Of a stretch of DNA of 64,000 bases, positions 21,410 to 33,818 are shown in pieces. The notes under the pieces were generated by a model. That model had not been told where the DNA came from. It saw only the letters and a program-made list of their open reading frames with translations, and did no database searches. The position numbers and the translations under genes are program-made. Position 1 is the stretch's first letter, and each line of letters begins with the position of its first letter. Location of the stretch: NCBI GenBank assembly GCA_030704615.1, contig CM060731.1, forward strand, positions 10,602,001 to 10,666,000, given 5' to 3'. Source of the stretch: Takakia lepidozioides (lineage: Eukaryota > Plantae > Bryophyta).

Positions 21410-23724
21410 CTTTCTTAGTTGCTTTGAGATTTTAGTTCATGTTTTAGTTGGTTGCCTAGAGCTCAAGCTTAGAAGAAGCAAGCTTAGAGTCCTAAAAAGT
21501 CTTAGTGCTGAATGTGGAATAGAGTATGAATTCTTATTTTTGATGTTATGAAGGTGATAAGGAATTGTCTTGTCCGAAAATTGCATAATTTCAATGGCGG
21601 GAAGTCATTTTCTCTACCAATTTCAACAGTGGGCCCTTACGAATTTGTACGTTTTACTTTATTTTTTCATCGATGGTTCCATTTACTTCAGATGAAGCAT
21701 GAAGATCTCCTTTGGTATGTCCGACATTGACTTTTGCATCCCCACCCCTAAGCCGCTACAATTCCCACCTGTTTGGTTGGACCTCTTAATTTATCCGAGA
21801 TGGCACGGACTCTTTTTTCTTCGACTCCCCCTTTCATGAGTTGACGCCTCCCTTCTTTTTTCGCTTTACCATCTCTTGCGTCAATATTCCCTGTTAATAT
21901 TTGCACACCCTTCGACGCGTGAGCCTATTTTCTGTTTCTAGACGTTTATCCTTGTGTGTTTTTGGTTATGTATCCTTGCGTCCCCCCTTGTCTTTTCATT
22001 TGGGATGTACCCAGGGAGCTGTGCTATTCAATGCTTTAGACCCTGCCCATCACCGCACCACGTCAGGGGCAAACATTTTAGGAAAATACGCTTTTTGCTC
22101 CGATTTTCCAAGGTGATCCCTACCCCTTGCCTGGTTTTTGACCTTTTGTTGGGACCACGATATTTCACTGCAATTTTTGACTTTCCCCACTCATATATTT
22201 CCCGTCAATGCTTAGCGTGTCCGACACCTTCTCATAGGAATAGCTAACACCAACCATGTGAGCCACATGACCCCCACTTGCCCCGACCCCCCTTCAGACA
22301 GTCTCGCTTCCATTATCCCACCGTGCATACTACTTTTTTTCCCTCTTGCGTCACCTCTCTAAAAAACCCCCACTTCCTTTTCTTCTTTCCTTCATTTTCG
22401 TTTTTTCATAATTTAGTCTTTAGTAGCAGCCATCTGGACCCTCAATATTAGGAAAGACAATTTACCCCTAACAGACTCACGCGGCCACCCCTATCAAGTT
22501 CGGTCAAACAACCCACGGACCCCAGCCTTCCCCCCAACGCCTCCCCCCCGTCCCATATCCCCCCCGCGGGTCTTACCCGATACATTAACATTCCGATACC
22601 TAGCCCACAGACAATCCACAACTTCAGGAATGACCATACGGCCCCAATTTTTTTCAGCCCCACCACAGAAACACCCGCGACCCCCCAAGTAAATCGCCGC
22701 ACCTTGAAGCAGGGCGGACTTCTTTTCAACATTCTCTTTCCCCCTCTTCTCCTTAGTCCTTTCGGTGTAGAGCTTCTGTACCCTCCCCCCGCGTATCCTG
22801 CTGTCAAACACTGAACCAACCTTTGAGGCTTCAGTCTTCTCGATTTTAGCATGGTCCACCAAGCGAACTTTTTTCTTGTATCCGGCATTACAACCACAAC
22901 CACCAACCTCGCCTTGATTACCTCCTTGCGAGCCAACTTCCAACCCACATTATGACCCCCCACAACAAAAAAATAAACTCACTCCAATATTTCCCCTGCA
23001 TGTGACCCCCGAAGACAAATGCCCGCACCACCAGTCCCAGAAGAATTGCACAGTAAGCAGAATGGGGAGCATTGTTTGGTTGTTTGTGGCTCTGGTTTGG
23101 CAGCAGGCTTGGCCTTTGCCTTGTGCACCCAGGGTGACTTACCTTACAGTGATGCCCGCTGATAACTGTTCTCCTTGTCTCATTGTTTCACAGTAGCAAT
23201 TCCGAACAAGAAAAGATTAAAGCTCCGATAAAGTTTCTTGACTCCCGCAAGTGAATTTACCCAGAGCCTCAATGTCAACACCAGGCCATCGAGGGCCACC
23301 ATGGACAGTTAGTGTAGGTTTGGAGGGGTGGGAAAAACTGGCCTTGTAGAGACGCTATGGATGCTGCTTTGGTTCCTAAACAAGGAAAAAAGTGAGAAGT
23401 GTGTCAAATGTTTTACATGCTGGGATGGGCTGTCTATCCACAACACGGTTTTTACATTGATTATATTGACATAGATGAACAGTTCTTAACTAATCAGTGA
23501 CTTGGAAATATGCAAACATAACATAGCCTGCTTGTCTGTTTCACAACCTTGGCATTACACCATCTTGTCTTGGTTTTGGGAGCACCGGTGAGGAAGTTAT
23601 GTCCTCCAAGAATCTCCCCAACTCCACTGAATATAATAACATTGTATCCGTTGAAAGTCACTTTTATTGTAAGGGAATTGAAATGGCGCATCTCCCATAA
23701 GAGGTCGTAGCCGAATGGTAAAGT

Positions 23725-26497
23725 GATATGACGCACATGGGAGATGCCCTTGGATACATAAAAGATTGCACTTGGGCTTAGATAACATTGGCCACTTGGG
23801 CCTCTACATGGGAGATGCCCCTCGATACATAGAAGGGGCTTAGATGGGTCTTGACATCGGAGACGCCCTTGGATACATAGGAAATTGCACTTGGTTTTTA
23901 GATTTCATTCTTCTCAACAAAGGGCACACAACAACAACTAGGAACAAACTCCACAGAAGAGCCTGGGCAACTAGAAAGAGCGCACTTGACGCTAGAAAGA
24001 AGACGCACTGGGATACATAGAAGATTTCCATTCTTCACACATGGGCCAAAGGTACAAGTTACCCTAGAGGGTTGCACTTGGGCCTCGACATATGAGACGC
24101 ACTTGGAGACATAGGGGATTGCACTTGGACTTATATGACGCTAGGGTAGCCTGTGCCGTTGGCCCAAGTGTCAAGCGTCATCTAAGTCCAAGTGCAATCC
24201 CCTATGTATCACCCTCATGTTTGGGAGCCTAGGGTAGCTTGTGCCATTGGTCCATGTGTGAAGAATTGAAATCTAAGCCCAAGTGCAATCTCCTATGTAT
24301 CCAAGCGTTTCTCTTATGTAGAGGCCCAAATGCAACCTCGAGTGTCAACTGTCATCTAAGTCCAAGTGCAATCCCCTGTGCATCGACGTCTTGCTTCATA
24401 TATTGATTGGACACTTGGGCTGTCTTGTTTTGTAGCGCCGTTGAGATCTCCCGAACCGCGGGGCCCTAGCCCCGGTGCTTGGTGCCGTTGGGAAGCCCTC
24501 GATGAGGAGGGGTGCACCGGCTTGGTCTCATGATTTTTGGACCCGCAGTGTAGGAAATGTGGAATTTTGAGTACTTTGGGTTGCTGGAAATTCATGAAAA
24601 ATAGCAAAGTGGGCTTTTCCTGGAGCAGTGATTGGCCCTTCACGTGGGAGATTTGGAATTTCAAGTACTTTTGGTTGCAAGAAATTCGCGAAAAATAGCA
24701 AAGTGGATATATCAATATATGAAGCATGGACAAGGGAGATGCAAAAATAGCAAAGTGGGTTTTGGGATTGCACTTGGACATTGGACACTAGGGGTCGCAC
24801 AGCTTGGGCCTCTACATGGGAGACGCACATGGGTACATAGGAGATCTGCATGACTTGGGCTTAGCTGATTTCAATTCTTCACACATGGGCCAATGACACA
24901 TGCTACCATAGATCTCCCAAACAGTAGGGTCTCTGGATACTTGGGCCAACGGCGTGCAAGCTACCATATATCAATAATAATTAGAAATATTACTAACTCA
25001 ATAAAATCATGGAAAAAAATGAATGGGGCCTCGACATGGGATACAGACTTGGATACATAGGAGATTGCACTTGGGCTTAGATGACAGTGGACACTTGGGC
25101 CTCTACATGGGAGATGTACTTGGATACATGAATAGAAGATTGCACTTGGGCTTAGATATTGGGCCACGACATAGGAGACGCACTTGGATGCACAAATAAT
25201 TGCAAGTCTCAGTCTTAGATTTCAATTCTTCACACATAGGCCAACGGCATAGGCTACACTAAAGATCGCACATAGGCCTCGACATAGGAGACGCACTGGG
25301 ATACATAAAAGATCTTACACTAGGGCTTTAGATGACACTTGGGCCAATGGCACAGGCTACCCTATAGGTCGCATTTGGGCCTCGACATAGGAGACGCACT
25401 TGGATACATAGGGATTACACTTGGACTTAGATGACACTAGACACTTGGGCCAACGGCACAGGCTCCCCTAGTACTTTTACAACCATACACAAAGAATCAG
25501 ATGACAAATTTTCCCCCTCTACCTACTTTAGTTTTCTAATTTATTGCAGCTTGTGAGTAGTAACATTTTTTAATATATATATTATATAAGTAAGTTCTAC
25601 AAAATAATTAAAGTTACAAATCTGTGTTTTATTTTTGAAAAAGCAAAGCCCGATAAAATCAATATATGAAGCGAGACGGGTTGTTTGTTTTGTTTGTTTT
25701 GTAGCGTTGAGATGTCCCAAACCACAGGCCCCAACCTTGGTCCTTGGTACAGTTGGAAAGCCCTCAATGAGGAGGGGTGCACCGGCTTGGTCTCATGATT
25801 TTTGGACCTACGGTGTGGGAGATGTGGGATATATTACTACTCAATAAATTCATGGAAAAAAATAAATGGGTTTTTTTAATATATGAAGCAAGGTAGTTTG
25901 TTTGTTTGTTTTCAAGTTGTTTTTTCAACTTTTCACACGTGGTCGCTGAAAATCCATGAAAAATAGCATAGTCGGCTTTCTTGGAACAATGATTGGAACC
26001 TCAACGGGAGATATATCAATAATGATCGGATATATTACTATTCAATAAATTCATGGAAAAACATAAATGGGGCCTTGACATGGGACACATACTTAGGAGA
26101 TTGCACACTAGGTTTAGATGGGCCTCGACATAGGAGACGCACATGAGAGACGCCCTTGGATACATATGAGACGCAATTGGATACATAGGGGATTGCAGTT
26201 GGGCTTAGATGACATTGGACACTTGAGCCTCTACATGGGAAATGCACTTGGATACATATATAGAAGATTGCGCTTGGGCTTAGATGGGCCTCGACATAGG
26301 AGACGCACATGGGAGATGCCCTTGGACACATAGACAATTGCACTTGGTCTTATTATATATCGATTCTTCACACTTGGGCCAACGACATAGGCTACACTAG
26401 AGGTCGCACTTGGGCCTCGACATAGGAGACGCACTGGGTCTTAGATTTCACTTCCTCACACATGGGCCAACGGCATAGGCCACCCTAGAGGTCACAT
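23725..26497. repeat. Complex modular repeat array (gggcctcgacataggagacgcacttggatacatag.agattgcacttgggcttagat and variants) with an inverted block at ~24143-24385
   Basis: Many shuffled copies of the motif. A second module (gttgagat.tccc.aacc...gccctc.atgaggaggggtgcaccggcttggtctcatgatttttggacc) occurs at ~24440 and ~25705. Confidence 0.85.
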
Positions 26498-29300
26498 TCG
26501 GATGGGTGGCAGAGTAGGCTACGTAGGTGTTGGAGGAACCTGCAGGTTTTGGCTGTGGCACGAGTGTGTTTAAGTGTGCATTCTCCCGGGGTTATAAGTT
26601 GAGTGCCAGTGGCGGTGGTAAGTTGGGTGAGATGAGTGATATGCCGTTCTTTGAAATAGGTGAGGAGGGGACGCTTTTGGCGGGGATGAAGGCGTTCAAA
26701 ATGGGAGAGGGATGGGCTGGTATTCAGAGCGTGTTCCAGCTATGATATCATGTTAGGATAGCCGGGTAGGTCGGTTTGTATGCTAATACACATTTGTCGT
26801 AGGATGAGAAGTGTGCGTGCCGTAGGGGAGTGTAGGCAAGATTGGGAATGAAGAGATGGGAGGGCTTGTAGTCCATTCAATTTGTGGGCTAGGAATTTAA
26901 GAAGGCCGCGGTAGATAAGTCCCAAGCGTCTAGGGTCATTGAGAGCTTCTTGTAACTGGGTACCAAGGGTTCGGGCATATGAAATAATCAGGGGTCTGGA
27001 GCCGACGCCGTAACAGTCTGTCGAGAGTTGGGTGAGAGCACTAGGAGTACTGGTAGGTAAGCCACATATTCGCTTGGTGAGTTGGGTGATGTGTTTGTCT
27101 AGTACTTTGAGATCCGGTAGGGAGAAGAGAGCGGTGTGAAAAGAGTATTGGACTTGTGGCTTGAGCACAGAGTTGATGATTGACAGTTTGTGCTCCCTAG
27201 CTTGGCGAGGGCAGCAACCCAATTCGGGATGGTACTGTGGTCGCAAGAGGGCTTGGCATACCGGGAGAGAGTTTAGGCAAGTGATGCGGGGGTCGCGTCT
27301 CCAATCTATGGGATGATTGTTGGATGGGGAATTGGGGATGATAGTAAGGGCACGACGTATGGTATGATGGGTGTTAAGGTAAGAGGTTTAGGCACGTTTT
27401 TGTGAGTGGGTGAGGTATCCTCCATTTTGTTTGGATCGGGTAGTCTGGGGGAGGTCCTGGGGGGCCGAGCATGTTGCCAACACACTTTTGGTCATTTCTT
27501 GGAGGATGGTTGTGAGGGTTTGCTCAGCCTCGAACCAGGTAGCCTCAGGGGATTGCGTCATATTTGTGTCTGAAAGGGTGTAGGAGAGTTTTTGGGTAAG
27601 GAGTGATGCATGAGGTTGGAAGTGCTTTAGAAATGTATTGATATTATGTTGGGGTAAGGGTGAGAGGAGACGAGGTTGTGGGTCTTGGGCCTAGATAGGT
27701 GGGATGGGACGGACGGGATGAGGGATGGTGGGAGAGAGACATATGTCTGAGTTGCATATGCTATCGATATGAATATGACTTGTAAGGTATGCGGGGATAT
27801 TACTGGGTGACTTAAGATAGAAACCATCTATAAGGCTTAAAGATGAGTAGTTAAGGCCACCTTGCCTCGAATAGTGATGGTCTGAAGGTATGTATCTGAG
27901 ATGATGGTTATGTATGAAGCGGGCCCAGTCTTGGTCAAGAGGGAATGGGTTTTTGTGGACTCCGTTGTATGTGTGGCCTGATAGAGCAATGTCCCGGTTG
28001 AAGTCACCTGCCAGTATATAGTGATGGTGTTGGTGCGCGGGGTGCTTGATTATGTTAGAGATTGTGTCCAGTATGTTGGGTATCAGGGATAGGTCCTCAA
28101 TATGGGATGGCATATATAAGTGGATGAGAGTGATGGGGGTAAGTGCAGCGAGGTGTAGCTGGACAATTTGAAGGTGCGATCGGAGAGGGAGGGGTACTAG
28201 AACTTTTGTGGTGGTACTAGGAGAGTGATGGGTGCGGAGGATGCCAAGTGCCACACCACCTCGAGTAGAGCGCCGGCGAAGACACTGTGTGGCCGTCAGG
28301 GGGGTCCCATATAGGAGGTAGTAGGCTGGTAGGAGTTTGTTAATATATGAGCTGTTGGTGTTGTTAGTGTTTAGTTTGGTTTCTTGGATGAGAATAATGT
28401 GTGGGGGCGTGGAGTCCGTGAGGAGGTGGATCAGACTCTGGATACTGGTGGCAAGGGATCCAACATTCCAAGTGGTGATGTTAAAGGAATGTGATTGTAG
28501 GTCAGGGGTGTTCGGAGTGGGGCAGCAAGGTGTAGCGGTGAAGATGCAACTGGTGTGGTAGCGAAGGAAGATGGTGGGTAGTGGGGGGGTTGGAAACCTG
28601 GGAGGGGCGTGGTAGCGTTAAGCGTAGCTGACAGGATGTTGGCATAGAGAAACGGGAATTTGTGGATGGTAGTGGGGATGTCTGGTACAGAGGTGGGTGC
28701 AGACGCTAGATGATCACCTAGAATTTTATGTATAACTCCGGGATGGGACTGCAACAGGTTGAGGGACGCGTGGAGATTAGTCAAGCAATGTGGTGGGGCC
28801 AAGTAGTTGCTAATGTGTGTGGGTAGGTCTTGTAGGTAATATAGTAGGGAAATGAGTAGGGAATCTGGTTGGGACGTAAGGTAGTCGTTACATTCTTGGG
28901 GCAGGGGGGAGATGACAACAATAAGGGAGAAGAGGAGGTGGTATGGTGGGAAGGCTTGAAGTTTGTGGGAGGTGTGGGAGAGTGCAAGATATGGGCAGGC
29001 TGGGAGGCCAAAAGTGGAAATGGTGTGGGGGGCAGTCTGTTGGTGAGTGGAGGGGATAGGTAGTGGGTCGGGGAGGTAGGGGGCAAAGTGGGTAGCAAGA
29101 TGTTTGTATTGGTGCATAAGGGATAGGGTGTCCGGCTGGAAGTATAGCACATATCGATCTTGTGCATCAGCAGGGAGTTGGGTCATGATGGTGGAAATAG
29201 TGAGTGGGCCGGGGTTGGGGTGGATGTCCCCACATCGGAGCAGTGTAAGTGTGATACATAAGTTGAGGTATAAGGTTTCATGTGAAGGGGGATGATGGAG
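26498..29300 (-). mobile_element. Degenerate APE-type non-LTR retrotransposon: endonuclease plus RT thumb region, RT core deleted
   Basis: APE motifs in one frame, 28500-27730: ITTWNVGSL, IILIQETKL, GGVALG, LYMP, AGDFN, SLIDGF, NSD. 27246-26740 reads KLSIINSVLKPQVQYSF..LKVLDKHI..GLPTSTPSALTQL..YGVG (thumb-like). No YADD between them. Strong strand compositional bias. Confidence 0.8.
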
Positions 29301-31445
29301 GCTGTGTTTGGATTTTAGGGGGTGGTAAAGAGAGCGCCCGTTTGGGTTGTGAGTAATGAGAGGGTTTTTTTTGGGTAGTTCAGAGGGTAATTTGTGAGGG
29401 TAGGATGGATTGATGTGTGGTAGAATTAATGAGCTATGGTTGTTAGCAGTGGCTAGGGTGGAGCTGGTGTGCTGGTCGTAGGCGGGGGGATGTATAGTGG
29501 GTGGGGGAAATAGGTAGGGCCTAGTATGTTGTCAGTGGTGAGAGTTGTATATGACAGTTGGGGTGATGTATAAGTATGTTGAGTATTGACATAGTAATTT
29601 AGTGGGGAGATTATTTGGAAAATTTGGAACGGTCGGTGGGTTGATTGAGAGGAGACAAGGGTGGCGGTAATATGGTCATAGGGTAGGGGGGTGGGGGTGT
29701 AGTAGAGGGAGGATGATACGGCGACGGGGGTGTAGGAAGGAGATTTAATTGTGGATGCATGGTTGTAAGTTATGTAGGAGAGAGACTGGGAAAATTGGGT
29801 ATCGGGTGGGGGGGGGGGGGGGGGGGGATACACTCGCGGGTGATGTGATATTTAGTTTATTATACAGTAATGCAGTAATTATAGAGTGCTGGGTATGGTT
29901 TATGGGTTTTGATGTGTAGTGTGGAAAAAGAGGCGTGTGGGTTGGGATATGCGCGGTGGGTGGGTTGGATGTTTGTAATGGGTATGGCAGGGTACTAGGG
30001 TTTTAATTATGTAGGTGTAGGTAGTAGGTGGATTTAAAGAGGGAAGAGTACAAATGAATAGTATGTCCAAGTAGTGTATTTGAGTGGTGTGCATGAGAGG
30101 TATATTTGGGTGGTATATCCGAGTGGTGTGCATGAATAGTGTGCATGAGAAATATATAGGGAAAACATGTCTGAGTAGCGAGCCCCAGTTGTGTATCTGG
30201 GTTGTGTATATGATAGATATACTTGGGTGATATATTCGTATACTGTACATGAATAGTGTGTGTGAGGAATAATAAAAAAGGGAATAAGTTATGAGCAATG
30301 TAAGATGTGTTTAAAAACAATACATGAATATGAGAAACAAATTTTTTATTTGAGGGTAATATCAAATTATGTGCAGTGTACCATTTGAGGGAGAGTAGTA
30401 CTAAAGTACAATGAATGTAAGATTTGATTGAGAATAATATTGGATTATGAGTAACGGAAAGTGTGAGTAGTGTTGAGGTATGAGGAAATAGTGTGAGAAT
30501 ATTGCTGTGGGTGTTAGCCAGAAGTGAATGTACCCCATGTACCCCAGCTGGGTAAATAAAAATATTATAATCAAAGAATATGACTTGAGAATCCCAACCT
30601 AGCAACTTCATATGTAAGAAATAAACAACTGTGTAGTGCCCAATGACACATAATCGGGAGATGTTGTAGGAGCAAGATGTAAAGGTAACTCTTTGCAGCA
30701 ACATTGTGGGTGGAGAGGATCCCATAGTGTCGGTGTTATATATGCGTTTGGCGGAAGGCAGGAACTCCACCAGTAATTAGCATGAGGGTATGAAGCTCCA
30801 TGTGAAGTAGAACCAGTACAGTCGGTGGGGGTTGGCTGACTGTTGTAGATGTTGGCTGATGGCTGGGCATAAGCTGGCCATATGGGCATGGGGCAGTTCT
30901 GGTGGAATTCGTACATCGTGGCTGACTGAACTGTTCTGAGATGGGGCTGCGATTGTGTTGAAACCGTGAGGTTGTTGGATAAATAATAATGCAGCAGCTG
31001 CCAGCATGTTGATTGGGAAGATTGGTGAAGCCCTCCATTACAATTGAAACAGAAAAAGAAAATTACCACGTTTTGGGTTAGTTCCAAAGAAAAAGAGCAG
31101 TATAACATGACATCATTCTGCATCTGAAATAAAACAGAATTGTCCCGAGTTTGAATTGGTGGCAGCAGAGAGAGGGTGTCATCATGTAGACAGTTACAGT
31201 TTAGAGTATGTATCAGGAGTGAGGGGTGGGGTTCAGAATAAACGAGACATCGGATATGAGGAGGAGTGACATCCCTGAATGGTGTCGCTATATAGTCGAT
31301 TGGGGTTATCTGTTGGACGCAAGCTGGCTGTATTCAACATCCTTCGTCTCCTCTTCCAAAAACACCGTTCCAGGGCGGAGCCCGTACTTCACACAGAAGT
31401 ACTGCTCAGTGACAATCGCAAATCCTTGGTCGCAGGATATTTTAG

Positions 31446-32882
31446 CTACTGGGTAGATAAAGAGGATTCCATTCTTGTGTATGGTCTGGGCTTGCGGGGT
31501 TTGGTATTGTACACAAGCCTACTTCTCTTTAGCAGTAATATGAGATGATTGGGGGACTTCTTGTGTGACACAATGCGGGTTTGGAGTGGCATGAAGGCAG
31601 CTGAATAGTGAGTGACATGTCTGTGGATTGACCAGTTTATAGAGGTAGTCATGAGTTTTTCTGCCGAGAGTATTGGAAGCCAAAGGAAATCAGAATTGTG
31701 GCCAATTAAGGCAAGGACATTCGGTAGTCTGTTCTGTAAGGACACATTCGAGGTATGAGCATGCAAGGAGTGGGAGCAGAGATTGAGGAGGATTTTGAGT
31801 CTGGCAGAGAACAAGTAGTAGCAGTGGGATAGAGTTTTATGGGACTTCACAATTGGGCAAAAAAGAAGAGTGGAGCGTGTGCACCTGGGGGCATGGCAGT
31901 AGCTCCAATGTGGGTGTAATGGTGATGTTGGCTGCCAGTATGACTCCCTGTTGTTGGAGAACAGGTTCTGCGGAGATCTAACAGTAGGGTTGATTGAGAC
32001 TGAAATCGCCATTGGGTGAACTTTAATGTATCTGTGGTTCGTCCAACAGATAGAGACAGTCGCGGATTGAGAGATGAAGACATGGCTCCAGCGGGAGGCT
32101 GAGCCATGGCGTGGTAGACAGACCTTCACATATGTAGCTTCCGCTTGGATTGTGTTGTAAGGAGCACACATAATCCGTACATGCAAGATGACAGGAGCAG
32201 TCGCCCTGCTGCTGTACATGAATAAACTGAGAACCTCCAAGGTATTGCAGACCACGAATAAGACTTTATCTGCTAGAGATTGATAGGAGGAGAAAGGTCG
32301 TGTTGCGGGCCATTTGTACGCGTGACTAAAAGTAGCGTGCAGGTTTGTGTGAACTGTATGGATCGTTGTAGTAGAGCGCGGGACATCTTGAACAGGTTGA
32401 GGAGAGCGAGACCACTTGCCCTTGTTGAATTTTTTCCAGAAAGAACAACAAAATCTCCAGAATCGTCTAGTCGGCTTCTTCAGCTCAAGAAGCAGACCAA
32501 GGTCAGGACGGGCTGCAACTTCCTCCAGCTGTAAAAGTAGGAAATGAGGAGATAGCTTGTGCACCAATAGTATAAACGGAGAGCAGGCGCCACACTGAGG
32601 CAGAGAAGGCCATTGCGAAAACCACCAGCCGCAACAAAAAACAGAACTCTCAATCATAGAAGCAGCAGTCGTATGATGCCGTAGGAAGCAGATAATCAGA
32701 TCTAGTTTATGGCCAGGATACTGAAGCCTTCCATCTACACAATGCTTGAACTGGGGGGGTAACGCAAGTAGTTGGGTTGTAAGAAACACTGTATGTTTGC
32801 AGTTTGAAATATTCGAAGTTTGCAGCCCTTGTTGTGTAACAGCCTCCAACGACTGTTGTGCTGGATATTGCCAATGCACCAT
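31446..32882 (-). other. 478-codon open frame of unknown nature, upstream of and co-oriented with the LINE remnant
   Basis: ORF track; no recognisable domain; coding status unproven. Confidence 0.3.
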
Positions 32883-33599
32883 GTTGAACTAGGGCAATAG
32901 GGAGTTGAGGGCCGCGGCGTTCGTAGTCGCGTCCTGTAGTTGGGATCGACAGCAGCTCATGTGGATGGCCACACACATCTTGGAAAGAGGCTAAAAGTAG
33001 CGTAAGAAAGAGGCAGTAAAAAACATGGAAGAGCCAGAGATCAGCACGATAGGATCGCAGCACTGCTTCGCTCCAAACAGAGGCCCTCGCCATGGCGGCG
33101 GCCATAGCAAAACACAACAAGAACGCTACATAGGCAGAGAGAGGGCCAAGTCAAGCTGTAGTAAGCTCTAGTAACAAGCAGCAGATTGGACCTACAATTT
33201 AGTTGGGTCATAGCCACTCCACTATTGATTTGGAAATGGTGGGTCTTGGGGCAAGCAAAATTGGATAAAGCTAGGGTTTAATTTGGTCAAACCAATTTCT
33301 TTCTCACTTTTTATTTGGGACCTGATATTTGAGGTCCGGGCCAACGTTATAATCTCACAATTTCCACTGTGGACTTGACTCATTTTTTGGTATGTCATGC
33401 ATAAATGAGCTGGGCCCATTGCTATAAGGCTGGAATCTCTGGATGATTTTTGGTAGGTTTCTAGGGGCAATTTACTGCAGCTGGGTACCCAAAATTGGTA
33501 AAAAGTCAAAAAAGGGCTTGGGAACTTAAGGGTTAAGCCAACTTGACCCCAAACTGGGGTACTTTTGGGTTGTCATAAAGGTTATTCTTAACTCCCGCG

Positions 33600-33818
33600 A
33601 GTAGGTAGCTTATGCCACCCAGGTGAATTCTGGGTTCAAATCCTGCTACCTTGTCCGGTGTGGTATGATTGTATGATCTTCTCCGCCTTGGGTGGAGGTT
33701 ACCATGAAAGAGGTTACCGTATTTTCTTCATGATAGGACTGTGGAGAGGACAAAATAGGGCTATTAATTTGATTAAAAGGGCCTCTGTCCCCTTTCTTAA
33801 GAAAATAAAAATAAAAAG
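33600..33818 (+). mobile_element. Possible degenerate tRNA-derived SINE
   Basis: B-box GGTTCAAATCC at ~33633 and A-rich tail aagaaaataaaaataaaaag at ~33799-33818; no clear A box or TSD. Confidence 0.35.

Noticed and set aside
22448-22963. 171-aa and 149-aa minus-strand ORFs
   Set aside because: They arise from a C-rich, strand-biased tract; no recognisable domain.
23725-26497. CRISPR-like array
   Set aside because: The sequences between repeats are themselves repeated, spacing is irregular, there are no cas genes, and the context is eukaryotic.
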